Virus record (IMG/VR): IMGVR_UViG_3300044624_001994
Coordinates: 5,772-69,771 of that record
Length of the DNA: 64,000 nt
From: a virus
Strand: one strand, 5' to 3'
Positions within the stretch are counted from its first letter, which is position 1; every line of letters begins with the position of its first letter. Below the pieces are notes generated by a model that saw only the letters and a list, made by a program, of their open reading frames with translations, had not been told where the DNA came from and ran no database searches. Position numbers and translations under genes: made by a program. Of this stretch, positions 17,825 through 27,147 are shown in pieces.

Positions 17825-18943
17825 ATGAAAATTCAAATCGTAAAAGCAGAATTGCTTGAAGCAATCAAGACAGTTATCAAAATTGTTCCTTCTAAAGCAA
17901 TTATCCCCGACATTGAAAACATTTGTTTGCAGGGTAAAAATGGTATTGTTACCATCTCCGGTACTGACCTCACTACTTTTGTAAAGTACACATTGAATCA
18001 GAAATCTTACTTTGAAGGTAATTTTGAATTTCTGATTGATGCAGCAAAATTTGACAAAATTGCTTCTCTGTGCGATAATTATGTTGAAATGGAGGTAATG
18101 GGTGACAAGTGCAAAATAACTACCTTACAAGGTAATACAACGCTTCCTATATATGAAGCAAGTTGTTTTCCCGATAAGAAAGAAATAGGAGATAAAATAG
18201 CTGATTTTAGCGAAAAGCAAAATGTCTTTTTTCACATCAAAAAAGCTATTGGCTATGTAAGTACAGATGAATTGAGAATAAATATGTGCGGAGTTCATCT
18301 TGATATTGTTGATAATACCTTGTCAGTACAAGCAACAAACGCAAATATTCTTTATCTACATGATACAGAATGCGTCAGTAAAACCAACACAAGTGTTATT
18401 ATTCCTGCAAAGACTTGCAAGATCTTGACAAGTTTAGAAAATGATGATTTTTCTCTTTATCAAATATCTGGAACTGAATATAGATTCCAATATCAAACGA
18501 TTGACATATACTTTACTGCAACAGATGCAAAATACCCACAAGTAAGAAGCATTATTCCAAAGCAAAGTGACCATATCAATGTATTCAGTTTTAAGAAACA
18601 AGATATTATTAAGACGATAAGTGCAGTAATGATAACTGCCAATATTCAAACAAACGGAATCCAATTCTATGTTGGTGATGAAACAGCTAAAATCAAATCT
18701 GTTGACCTTGATAATAACATGGAAAGTGAAATGGAGCTGAAAGTTAGTATTGACAAAAAAGTTGATGATGTCTTTAAATTTGCTGTCAATGGTAAGTTTA
18801 TTACAGATGTTATAAACAGCATAAATTTGCCAAATTCGGAACAAATTACTTTTTACATGAGAGAGTTAAACAAGGCATTGTTATTCTATACAGATGACTT
18901 TAAAACGCTTCACATAGTAATGCCAATCGTATTTAATGACTAA
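17825..18943 (+). CDS. dnaN: DNA polymerase III beta subunit (sliding clamp) homolog
   Basis: 372 aa from MKIQIVKAELLEAI; GTDL, STDELRINMCGV, ATN, IIPAK, KYPQVRSIIP, VNGKFI and C-terminal IVMPI match the clamp pattern. Confidence 0.9.
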   Translation: MKIQIVKAELLEAIKTVIKIVPSKAIIPDIENICLQGKNGIVTISGTDLTTFVKYTLNQKSYFEGNFEFLIDAAKFDKIASLCDNYVEMEVMGDKCKITTLQGNTTLPIYEASCFPDKKEIGDKIADFSEKQNVFFHIKKAIGYVSTDELRINMCGVHLDIVDNTLSVQATNANILYLHDTECVSKTNTSVIIPAKTCKILTSLENDDFSLYQISGTEYRFQYQTIDIYFTATDAKYPQVRSIIPKQSDHINVFSFKKQDIIKTISAVMITANIQTNGIQFYVGDETAKIKSVDLDNNMESEMELKVSIDKKVDDVFKFAVNGKFITDVINSINLPNSEQITFYMRELNKALLFYTDDFKTLHIVMPIVFND

Positions 18944-18960
18944 CAACTTATTTATTCATG

Positions 18961-18987
18961 GGGCAGTATTTTGCTGCCCTATTTTTT
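18961..18987 (+). terminator. Hairpin / probable intrinsic terminator
   Basis: GGGCAG-TATTTTG-CTGCCC followed by TATTTTTT. Confidence 0.55.
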
Positions 18988-19007
18988 AATCCTTAATACT
19001 TAATATT

Positions 19008-19391
19008 ATGAAATTTGAAATTGTAAACCTGCAAAATGCAGATGTGCGTAAGAATCGCAAAGAAAACCACTTTTATAAGGAAGATGCAGTTATGACTATT
19101 ATTGATGGTAGAATACAATGCAAGTTTATTGTAAGGTACTATGCAACAAGCAAAACACACTACTGCTGTATATGGCTGACATTACCTAAAACAGCATATA
19201 TCCATAGTTCTGGCTGGGCTGGTGGTTATGGCTATCATAGGGAATCTGCTGCCTTAAATGATGCACTAAAGAATTGTGGCATTGAATTTTATAACTTAGC
19301 TGGTACTGGGCAAGGAGAAGAAGCATTGAAGATGTTGTTTAAGCATTTTTACCCCGATTTGACCTGCATGATTCATACTGCCCATGCGTAA
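19008..19391 (+). CDS. Hypothetical phage protein
   Basis: 127 aa with GWAGGYGYHRESAAL motif. Confidence 0.75.
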   Translation: MKFEIVNLQNADVRKNRKENHFYKEDAVMTIIDGRIQCKFIVRYYATSKTHYCCIWLTLPKTAYIHSSGWAGGYGYHRESAALNDALKNCGIEFYNLAGTGQGEEALKMLFKHFYPDLTCMIHTAHA

Positions 19392-19392
19392 C

Positions 19393-19448
19393 TCGGTGAC
19401 GATAATAGTTAGCAAAATTTTTAGTTCGGTGACGATAATAGTTAGCAA
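19393..19448 (+). repeat. Second repeat family, tandem copies 2 and 3 (33-nt period)
   Basis: TCGGTGACGATAATAGTTAGCAA at 19393 and 19426. Confidence 0.9.
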
Positions 19449-19465
19449 TTTTTTGCATCCGAACA

Positions 19466-19699
19466 TTGACTGACTATGATAAATGGCTTCATTGCCGGCA
19501 TCCCAATACGATAGTTTTTATCAAAACAGATGCCGGCATTTTAACATTTGATGACGATGCAATAAAAGTAGGAAAAGCAATTTCAAGAATTGTTAAAAAC
19601 GATATGTTGCTGATACCGGAAAATGTTAAACATTTGGAGATGTCACATCTTAGTAGGCTTGGTTACAATGTGAAAGAAATAATTTACTGCTGTGTATAA
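19466..19699 (+). CDS. Hypothetical protein, weakly MutS-N-terminal-like
   Basis: 77 aa, TTG start; HPNTIVFIK..TFDDDAIKVGK. Confidence 0.4.
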   Translation: MTDYDKWLHCRHPNTIVFIKTDAGILTFDDDAIKVGKAISRIVKNDMLLIPENVKHLEMSHLSRLGYNVKEIIYCCV

Positions 19700-19705
19700 A
19701 AACAC

Positions 19706-19739
19706 AAAGGGCACATGACTATTCATGTGCCCTTTTTTT
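19706..19739. terminator. Bidirectional intrinsic terminator between convergent operons
   Basis: AAAGGGCACATGA-CTAT-TCATGTGCCCTTT followed by a T tract. Confidence 0.85.
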
Positions 19740-19756
19740 GTGCCTTAATTTGGCTT

Positions 19757-20707
19757 CTAAACAGACATTAGCATCTCAATGAAGGTTGGGTCGGGATAGA
19801 TGTCATTCTTGCCTTGAAAGACATTTCCATGCGTGTAAATGCCAGGAACAAGATTGGCTTCTTGAAGCATAAAACCAAAGGCTTTTTCTACTCCTAATTT
19901 TTTGATATTTTTTATCAATCCCGACATGATGTCCATGCCATGTTCTTCCTTACAATATTCAATAATCTTTTGGCATGATTCAACTTGCTTCAGACTATAT
20001 TTGTGAAAATACTGGTTGAAACGATAAACATAGCCGAGATCAAATACTTCAGAATCTGATACTGGATTACCATACGCTGTGTAAAACGTATTTTTCTGCA
20101 ATGCAATCCATGTGTATTTGCCATCTACGATTTTATTATAACCGCCTTTTGTTAATCCACCATAGGAACAAATTTCTACGCCAATACTTTCCTTGTGCAA
20201 TTGTGTGTTGCCGACACCTGCGTGATAGGCATAGGAATCTTTTGGTATGCATCTGACCATAATACCATCGTTCCCATTGTCTTTGCCAGTAACAGTTAAG
20301 CCACCAACAATAAATTCTGTTGCGACTGAATTGTTATCATTGGCAAAGAAATCAGCTACTTGGTATGGATTGTCACCACCTGCCGTATGGTGAAAAATCA
20401 ACCATCGCTTTTTAAATGGTCCGGGGAAATAATTTGGTAGCCATCCCGTAGTAATTTGTTTGCCAGCAGGAATAATGTATTCTACGAACTGACTATTTTT
20501 AAAATTATCTGAATCTGAATCAGCAGACAACAAAACATTCCATGTGATTGGACCAACAATACCATCAGCTACAAGACCATGTAGTATTTGAAATTCAATG
20601 ACAGCCTTTTCTGTAACTGGACCAAAAATGCCATCGGGAATAAGTTTTAAAATTTCTTGCAAAGTAACAACTTCGCTTCCAACACTACCAATTTTAATAG
20701 TCTTCAT
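19757..20707 (-). CDS. Endolysin: peptidoglycan-binding domain + N-acetylmuramoyl-L-alanine amidase
   Basis: DGIFGPVTEKAVIEFQ..GLVADGIVGPITW (PG_binding_1); FHHTAG, SIGVEI, THGN..KND (Amidase_2-like). Confidence 0.88.
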   Translation of the reverse strand: MKTIKIGSVGSEVVTLQEILKLIPDGIFGPVTEKAVIEFQILHGLVADGIVGPITWNVLLSADSDSDNFKNSQFVEYIIPAGKQITTGWLPNYFPGPFKKRWLIFHHTAGGDNPYQVADFFANDNNSVATEFIVGGLTVTGKDNGNDGIMVRCIPKDSYAYHAGVGNTQLHKESIGVEICSYGGLTKGGYNKIVDGKYTWIALQKNTFYTAYGNPVSDSEVFDLGYVYRFNQYFHKYSLKQVESCQKIIEYCKEEHGMDIMSGLIKNIKKLGVEKAFGFMLQEANLVPGIYTHGNVFQGKNDIYPDPTFIEMLMSV

Positions 20708-21041
20708 CTCTTAATTTTTTAGATTCATAAATATCAATTGCTCTTGCTTCTGCTGCTGCTTCTTTATCATAATGATAACTTTCCATCAATGCAGTTTCTA
20801 ATATATCATTCAAATCATCTTCATTCATTTCCAGCATTTTTGCTATCTCTTCTGATGTCAGATTTTTCCCATCAACAAATGTATCGTTGATAAATACTTC
20901 TTCGTCATCATCAGGTTCTAATGGAACGCCATATCTATCTCTGCTACCTCTTTGTGCAGGAGAATATTCACCGTAAACATTTATGGTGATTCCATGTAAT
21001 TCAAGGCTTGTCTGTATTTTCATTTTCTTGTTGTTTTGCAA
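20694..21041 (-). CDS. Acidic hypothetical protein
   Basis: 115 aa in the operon. Confidence 0.65.
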   Translation of the reverse strand: MQNNKKMKIQTSLELHGITINVYGEYSPAQRGSRDRYGVPLEPDDDEEVFINDTFVDGKNLTSEEIAKMLEMNEDDLNDILETALMESYHYDKEAAAEARAIDIYESKKLRDEDY

Positions 21042-21219
21042 ATTCTACAAATTGTTCCCACGTTTTTTTTCTCATGTGCTTTGTGTAATCCTTTCGAATA
21101 AAAGCATCTTTTACTGGATGGTAAACATATTCATGTTTGTTTATTTTAATGCCACCAAAACGAACACCAAGGCTTATGTATGGCTGTTGTGATGCATTAA
21201 ATATTATGATTGCTTCCAT
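21001..21219 (-). CDS. Hypothetical protein
   Basis: 72 aa in the operon. Confidence 0.6.
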   Translation of the reverse strand: MEAIIIFNASQQPYISLGVRFGGIKINKHEYVYHPVKDAFIRKDYTKHMRKKTWEQFVEFAKQQENENTDKP

Positions 21220-22076
21220 TATAGTAAACCTGACATTTCCATTGCACGAACAAGACGAGTAAGACCAATGCCACCACCATAACGAGGAAAGAATTTATGT
21301 TCTAAAAATTGATTCAATTCTTCTATTACTCTGTCATATCCAAACAATTCGAATAGTTTTTCTGAGTATTTTCCACCTTCAATAGCAAAAAATGTTTCTC
21401 GCATTTGCTCTACATCGCAACTTCTTTCAGCTGAACCAATTGTTTCCTGCCCATGCAGAATTACATCGCACTTACTTGCTGTTGCGCCAGCACGTTTCAT
21501 ATTCCAAAAAGGATTTGTATGCTCCGGAAATAGGGTAAGGAAAAATACTGGACTTTCATTTTGGCTGATAAGACCTTCTGTTGCAGAATCAATTTCAAGT
21601 ACATTGTATTTCTTTTGCATCAGCTCATAAGTTGAGATGACATATTCTTCAGTAAAACCAAGAAATTGCAAAAGTTCTGTTTCTAATGCAATCATCTGTT
21701 CGTAATTTCCTGCAGATTCAAATTCAAACATCGGGAATATTTTGTGATGCCTTCCGGGTTCGGGATTTTTCTCATTGCGATAGCTTGTAGTTACACAGCA
21801 AAATCCTTTTTGTTCTGGAAAGGTAAGCAGATAATCTTCCAATGTCATTTGACCTGTCTGTGGTAATGGCCATTCAAGACCATCATAAGAAAACTTTGCA
21901 ATTGAATGCGGATTTTCGCAAGCTGCAAGAATAGCAAGTCTGTTCTGTGGATGAACTTCAGCAAATCCATTTTTTCTAATAAAGAATGATCGGAGTAATT
22001 CAGTTACTTTAGTGTACTTTTCAAATGGGATTTGTGGGTACATCTGTGAATTTAAAAAATCTGATAGCATTTTCAA
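21219..22076 (-). CDS. Class II (Asp/Asn/Lys-type) aminoacyl-tRNA synthetase catalytic-domain homolog lacking the anticodon-binding domain
   Basis: Motif 2 SYRNEKNPEPGRHHKIFPMFEFE, GQETIGSAER, motif 3 YGGGIGLTRL; only 285 aa, no N-terminal OB fold. Confidence 0.85.
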   Translation of the reverse strand: MKMLSDFLNSQMYPQIPFEKYTKVTELLRSFFIRKNGFAEVHPQNRLAILAACENPHSIAKFSYDGLEWPLPQTGQMTLEDYLLTFPEQKGFCCVTTSYRNEKNPEPGRHHKIFPMFEFESAGNYEQMIALETELLQFLGFTEEYVISTYELMQKKYNVLEIDSATEGLISQNESPVFFLTLFPEHTNPFWNMKRAGATASKCDVILHGQETIGSAERSCDVEQMRETFFAIEGGKYSEKLFELFGYDRVIEELNQFLEHKFFPRYGGGIGLTRLVRAMEMSGLL

Positions 22077-22091
22077 TTGTTTAAAAAGTGA

Positions 22092-22253
22092 TTAGATAAG
22101 AATTTTGTGCGTTGGGCGATAGATACCGTTGTTATGTTGCCCGGTCTGACTACAAAATTTACCAGGTAATTCTGCAAAATGAATCCAATTTCTGAATGTA
22201 GTCTTAATTGTTACTTCCATAACTTCACCAGTTCTAATATTTTGCGCCTTCAT
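22092..22253 (-). CDS. Small hypothetical protein
   Basis: MKAQNIRTGEVMEVTIK...; preceded by TATTTTTG at 22279-22286 on the minus strand. Confidence 0.5.
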   Translation of the reverse strand: MKAQNIRTGEVMEVTIKTTFRNWIHFAELPGKFCSQTGQHNNGIYRPTHKILI

Positions 22254-22268
22254 AGTTTTGTTAAATAT

Positions 22269-22314
22269 ATCCTGCAAGCAAAAATAGTATTTGTACTTAT
22301 GTTACTTGCAGGAT
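22269..22314. other. Inverted repeat enclosing a -7 promoter motif
   Basis: ATCCTGCAAG ... CTTGCAGGAT flanking CAAAAATA (minus-strand TATTTTTG). Confidence 0.45.
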
Positions 22315-22327
22315 TGGTTGATAAATA

Positions 22328-22855
22328 TTATAATTTTTTGTTATAGACTTCATTAAACTTCTTTGCATACTTATCGGTAGCTGTTTTCTGATAGCCTAAT
22401 GGTCCTCCACACCACATACGAGCCAATTGTTCGTAGCTTGGGTAATCTCCATACTTTTGGTAATAATAATGGCTGAAAATGCCCATCATTGACCAGAACA
22501 CATGAGAACTCGATTCAAGGTCAAACATGCTGTCATGATTGTAGCCTAATACTTTATCAAGCATTGTTCCCTGCAAGCAGATATTATGTATTTGTAAATG
22601 ACCTTTCGCTCTTCCACCATCTCCAGTTACTGCTGACTGCAAATAACAAGAATCTAAATTTGACATGGAAATTGCGCCCGATTCTATTTCTGCTATCGTC
22701 TTGAAGAACTTACTATCGCAAGTGTCCTTGTAAATAGTATCTGTCTTGACAATAATTTTTGCCGGAGCATGAATTATTTTTGCATCTCCTAAGTAGTAAT
22801 GCCCAAGAACGCCAACTACTAATCCTATAAGATAGCCTACCAAACCTTTACGCAT
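22328..22855 (-). CDS. Lysozyme-fold hydrolase (destabilase/i-type-like) with N-terminal membrane anchor
   Basis: IAEIESG, GDGGRAKGHLQIH, LARMWCGGPLGY..TDKYAKK. Confidence 0.7.
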   Translation of the reverse strand: MRKGLVGYLIGLVVGVLGHYYLGDAKIIHAPAKIIVKTDTIYKDTCDSKFFKTIAEIESGAISMSNLDSCYLQSAVTGDGGRAKGHLQIHNICLQGTMLDKVLGYNHDSMFDLESSSHVFWSMMGIFSHYYYQKYGDYPSYEQLARMWCGGPLGYQKTATDKYAKKFNEVYNKKL

Positions 22856-23337
22856 CTGAATACATTTTTAAGTTGTTCAGCTTTCGCTTCAGAAAAATTT
22901 TCCTCTACATATCCTCTTGATGTCCACACTCGCATTGTCTGTATGTTCTTAGTTGACAATTGCTCGTACTCCCATTGCTTACCAAACACGTTGAGGAAAT
23001 AAACAACAGCTGAATTTTCGCAATTAAAGTCATTGTTTGTCTGCAATTCAATTCTTGAATCGTCAGTAAAGAGAATTTGGATTTTAGCTTTTTCCTCAAT
23101 ACATCTTCCAGCACCAACAGCAACTATGCTAAATATAATGCTTTTGTTTGTTTCCATTACGGTAATATTTAATCCCTGCTGATTGTCAAACGTGACAATA
23201 ATGCTTTCCTTATTGACATAATATCCTTTCCCACCGACTTTGTCTTCGTGGTACTTTACCCATTTTTTGCAGTCATCACTCTGACCATAAATAGCTGATG
23301 TCAATAGGGCAAATAATAAAACGATTGAAGTTTTCAT
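22837..23337 (-). CDS. Secreted hypothetical protein
   Basis: MKTSIVLLFALLTSAIYGQ signal peptide of Bacteroidota type. Confidence 0.65.
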   Translation of the reverse strand: MKTSIVLLFALLTSAIYGQSDDCKKWVKYHEDKVGGKGYYVNKESIIVTFDNQQGLNITVMETNKSIIFSIVAVGAGRCIEEKAKIQILFTDDSRIELQTNNDFNCENSAVVYFLNVFGKQWEYEQLSTKNIQTMRVWTSRGYVEENFSEAKAEQLKNVFRCVKVW

Positions 23338-23356
23338 TGTAAATTGGTTTTTGAAA

Positions 23357-24004
23357 TTAAATAAAATCTTTGATTCGGTAATACACATTCATTGTAGCGA
23401 TTGTATCTTTTTCGCAGTATCTGACTATACTTTCTATGTCATTGTCAATCCAATACTTTTGATACACATCAGAACCCGACATTTCATCTTTAGGCGTTTC
23501 AATGCCTAATGTATTGCAGACAACAGCCAATGCCGTTTTAAAATTGCTGCCTACGTTCCACATTTCATTTGTATCAATTATCCAGCCAGTTTCCCATGGT
23601 TTTAAACCATTTGTGTTGATGAAATTTGGCACTATAATCGAATGTAAAATATATCGCTTAATTAGGAATGGGATGTCGAAAAACTTTATGCTGTGACCAC
23701 ATATTGTGTCTTTTCCCCTTACTAATTTCTGCATCATATCAGCAAAATCAATCAGTATTGTTTTTTCATCTCCACTAAAAGATTTTATCTTCTTGTCCTG
23801 CAACATATATGATGCGGAGATACAAATTACTTTCGAAAATTCTGGATATAATGGTCCTGCTGCCTTGTAAGTATCATTGGGTGTCATGCCCGGCTCTGCG
23901 TGTTTCTCGTGGTACTTATCTGCCCATAAAACAGCAGTAGCTTCTGGTGCAAGTGTCAGCTCCTTATACTCTGTTGTTGTTTCAATATCAATAAAAATCG
24001 TCAT
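23357..24004 (-). CDS. DEDD-family 3'-5' exonuclease (PolB-exo-like)
   Basis: IDIETT, GHSIKFFDIPF, DT, YCEKD motifs. Confidence 0.88.
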   Translation of the reverse strand: MTIFIDIETTTEYKELTLAPEATAVLWADKYHEKHAEPGMTPNDTYKAAGPLYPEFSKVICISASYMLQDKKIKSFSGDEKTILIDFADMMQKLVRGKDTICGHSIKFFDIPFLIKRYILHSIIVPNFINTNGLKPWETGWIIDTNEMWNVGSNFKTALAVVCNTLGIETPKDEMSGSDVYQKYWIDNDIESIVRYCEKDTIATMNVYYRIKDFI

Positions 24005-24015
24005 GCTTGTTTATT

Positions 24016-24876
24016 TTAGAATGGCAAATCATCTTCTTTCTCATAGCTTCCATCGTCTTGAAGGCGATACATATCTCCATCTGTATGTTTGTCATCAAGA
24101 ATCCTTTGAACTTCTATTTTTAAAGCAGTAAATCTTTCCTTGTCAATTGCTTTTTTGCAGTTGTCATTAAAGAACTTAACCATAGAAGGCCAGTCCTTCA
24201 GAATGTCATCAAATGACTTTGATTGTGCTTTTTTAACAATTCTTCCAACGGCAATTTCAACTTCCTCGGAATACTGCTCCTTGACATCTTTGTTTTCAAG
24301 CTGTCTTAGATTGTAGTCTAATTGAATTTCGCCATCCCAATTACGACCTAACAAATTAGGGTAAACATCGGTGAATAGTTTTTGCCTCCAAAAATCTATT
24401 CTTACTTCGTCTTGTGGTTTTCCTTTTGGAACACCTTTGTAACCACCATTGACTTCATCCCAGTCAGAAAATGCAAATTCCGCTTTTCTCTTATTGCATT
24501 TAATTGATACGCCAGGAGAATTTTTGATTTTTGTTGATGGGTAAACCCATATTTCAAGTTCACCCGGATTCGGTATTCCAAGTAAGATATTGACAATACG
24601 TTCCGAAAGGTATGAACCTTCTTTACATCTCACCACCATTCTCGTATCATGTTCTTGTGGATCGGAATCGTCAGTAAGAATAAATTGCCATTCGTAATGT
24701 GGTTCATCATCATTTGGTGCTTTCGCTTTCATCAGAATAATGTCTTCCAAATAACCACTAAGGGCATCTACCTTTACATCAGCTTCTCCCTTTACATATT
24801 TTAGGATAGCTTTTTCTTTACCGCTAATGCGATAATAAGTTTTGTTTGTCTGATTAGACTTTGTTAATTCAGCCAT
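24016..24876 (-). CDS. Putative single-stranded DNA-binding protein
   Basis: Acidic EKEDDLPF C-terminus; located in the replication module. Confidence 0.45.
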   Translation of the reverse strand: MAELTKSNQTNKTYYRISGKEKAILKYVKGEADVKVDALSGYLEDIILMKAKAPNDDEPHYEWQFILTDDSDPQEHDTRMVVRCKEGSYLSERIVNILLGIPNPGELEIWVYPSTKIKNSPGVSIKCNKRKAEFAFSDWDEVNGGYKGVPKGKPQDEVRIDFWRQKLFTDVYPNLLGRNWDGEIQLDYNLRQLENKDVKEQYSEEVEIAVGRIVKKAQSKSFDDILKDWPSMVKFFNDNCKKAIDKERFTALKIEVQRILDDKHTDGDMYRLQDDGSYEKEDDLPF

Positions 24877-25198
24877 TTTGATTGTTTTTTAAAGTTTCTA
24901 CTAATTTGTTCATTTCGTCATACATCTCCCAGTTTAATCTGAAGAATGAATTTTTCCTTGTTTTTTTGGCTTTAATGACTAAGCCAATTTTCTGCAAGTT
25001 ACTCAAACCCATGCTTACAGTTGCACTTGTATTGTTATCCTCTTTTACGCCTGATAGTGTCAAGTATTCATCCATAATATCCTTGAACTTGACATATCCC
25101 TCCGGGTACAAAGATAATATCTCTATGTAATACCGGTTGTTTGTAGTCATAGCATTGTATGCTTTTGCTAATTTTTTGTACTGCTCTAATTTATCCAT
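24869..25198 (-). CDS. Winged-helix DNA-binding protein (ArsR-like)
   Basis: RYYIEIL..SATVSMGLSNLQKIGLVIKAKK..FFRLN. Confidence 0.6.
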   Translation of the reverse strand: MDKLEQYKKLAKAYNAMTTNNRYYIEILSLYPEGYVKFKDIMDEYLTLSGVKEDNNTSATVSMGLSNLQKIGLVIKAKKTRKNSFFRLNWEMYDEMNKLVETLKNNQNG

Positions 25199-25772
25199 TT
25201 TTATCATATTTGTATAGTTCGTATCGTTCAATAATGCTTATCAGTATTTGTGCGTATTTTGGCTCTGTGGCGTAACCTGCCTTTTTTAATCCGTATGCCC
25301 ATTTCTTGTAATCTGTTCTTGGTAGCTTTGTGAGATGCTTGTATCTTGATGCTTGTGCCAGTAGATGGGAATGATACCTATATGACCACCATACAGATTT
25401 AAACTTCTCAAATTTGTCTGTCGGAGAATCGTCTGCATAAATGCCATACTTCCCCCTACCAGACCATTTCATTCCGAAATGATTATTTTCTCTTTTTGCC
25501 AGTCTTGATTGGCCCGCATCGGATTCTAATATCGCCTGACCTAATGTTATAGCAACAGGTATATTGTATCGCTTCGCTTCATAAATAGCAACAGCCTTAT
25601 ACCGTTCAATGTAATCTACAACATACTTTTTCTGATTCATCTTTGGCTCTACCTTTTGAGTAGTATTAACGCCTTTGCCTGATGCTATTGCTGGTGTAGC
25701 AATTGGGTGTGTTGTCCTTCTAAATGATTGCAATAGAAGAAAGACAAAAATTAACGCAAGAATGGTTCTCAT
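25191..25772 (-). CDS. GH73 glucosaminidase (FlgJ-like) with N-terminal signal/anchor
   Basis: ITLGQAILESDAGQSRLA..NNHFGMK..GLKKAGYATEPKYA. Confidence 0.9.
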   Translation of the reverse strand: MRTILALIFVFLLLQSFRRTTHPIATPAIASGKGVNTTQKVEPKMNQKKYVVDYIERYKAVAIYEAKRYNIPVAITLGQAILESDAGQSRLAKRENNHFGMKWSGRGKYGIYADDSPTDKFEKFKSVWWSYRYHSHLLAQASRYKHLTKLPRTDYKKWAYGLKKAGYATEPKYAQILISIIERYELYKYDKNG

Positions 25773-25810
25773 ACATCTTGATTTTAATTGTTATGTAATA
25801 ATTGTTAATG

Positions 25811-25842
25811 CAAATTTATAGGTAATTATTTTATTATTCAAG
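25811..25842 (-). promoter_or_regulatory. Bacteroidota-type promoter
   Basis: Minus-strand TAAATTTG (25811-25818) with (C)TTG 20 nt upstream. Confidence 0.55.
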
Positions 25843-25905
25843 TATTTTTAATAATATTTTTATTCTTTTTTATATTTGCATCCTCATACATCTATATCTA
25901 CCTTT

Positions 25906-25943
25906 AGCCGGCAGTAGGATTCTCAGTCCGAATGCCGGCTTTT
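25906..25943. terminator. Hairpin terminator at the end of dnaG
   Basis: AGCCGGCA...TGCCGGCT followed by TTT. Confidence 0.55.
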
Positions 25944-27147
25944 ATATTTTCTTCGATAGAATACTATTCAGTTCATCTATTAAAGCATATTGGCTCACTC
26001 CAGATTGTTCTGCTAATTCTCTTATTAGTAAATCTCTTTTAAGCATTGACTTTGATTCAGCTATGATTGATAGTACATCTCTTATCTTTTGCTCAATATC
26101 GCCTTCTCTTGTTTCGTACAGATATTCAATGACAGAAATAGAATCTGGTACATCTTCATCAGTTTTAAACATAGCAGGGTCGATCCCTGGGGCCAGTACA
26201 GATACCTCTATGTTTTTTATTCCTGCTGCTAATAGGTTTTTAATTGCTCTTTCTGTTGCCTTTTTTCCTGCATTGTCACCATCAAAGACCAGTACGCAAC
26301 TATCTGCATATCTTGCTATGATTTGTGCATGCTCAAATGTAAATGATGTTCCCAATGTGCCGACTGTCATAGGCATCCCTATATTGTGCATATTTATTAC
26401 ATCAAATGTTCCTTCTACTATAATTGCTGTTTTGTGAATTTTAATAGAAGATATGGCTTGGCGCATACCATACAGCACCGTTCCTTTGTGGAATATTTCT
26501 GTTTCTTGGGTGTTTAGGTATTTTTGTTTTGTGTTTGTTAGCGACCTTGCCGTAAAACCTATAATTCTTCCTGCTACATCTTCTATGGGAAATGTTATCC
26601 TATCTCGGAATATATTCCCATGTTGACCAGTTAAACCAACAGATTTTAATGCTTCTTTATCGGCCACTAAATCATATTTGTCTGGAGCATAGCCAATGTT
26701 CCATGTTTTTAAGATGTCTGCATTTTTTATTCCTCTTTCTACTATGTATCTTTTAATGGCTTTGTTATGCAGTAGTTCGCTTGAAAACTTTATTGCAGCA
26801 ATTTTTAGTGCTGTGTACATCTGTTGCAGGTGTTCTATATTTTCCTCTTTGCGCTCTGATACCTTTACGCCATATTCATTTGCAAGTTTACGCATTGCAT
26901 CTGATTGAGAAATGTTGTCATATTTGGCAACAAAACTTATTACATCTCCATTTTCTCCGCAACCGAAACACTTGTAAATCCCTTTCCTATCTGATACAGT
27001 AAATGAAGCTGTTTTTTCAGTATGAAATGGGCAATTAGCAGACAAATTTTGTCCGATATGCTTTAGCTTTCCAATTCTCTGTTCAATCTCTTTTACCAAT
27101 GATGCTGTTTTTATTACAGCATCAAAATCTGTTTTGTCATACATCAT
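25942..27147 (-). CDS. dnaG: DNA primase
   Basis: CPFHTEKTASF..YKCFGC (CHC2 zinc finger), FRDRITFPI, KYLNT, IVEGTFDV, FDGDNAG (Toprim). Confidence 0.95.
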   Translation of the reverse strand: MMYDKTDFDAVIKTASLVKEIEQRIGKLKHIGQNLSANCPFHTEKTASFTVSDRKGIYKCFGCGENGDVISFVAKYDNISQSDAMRKLANEYGVKVSERKEENIEHLQQMYTALKIAAIKFSSELLHNKAIKRYIVERGIKNADILKTWNIGYAPDKYDLVADKEALKSVGLTGQHGNIFRDRITFPIEDVAGRIIGFTARSLTNTKQKYLNTQETEIFHKGTVLYGMRQAISSIKIHKTAIIVEGTFDVINMHNIGMPMTVGTLGTSFTFEHAQIIARYADSCVLVFDGDNAGKKATERAIKNLLAAGIKNIEVSVLAPGIDPAMFKTDEDVPDSISVIEYLYETREGDIEQKIRDVLSIIAESKSMLKRDLLIRELAEQSGVSQYALIDELNSILSKKI

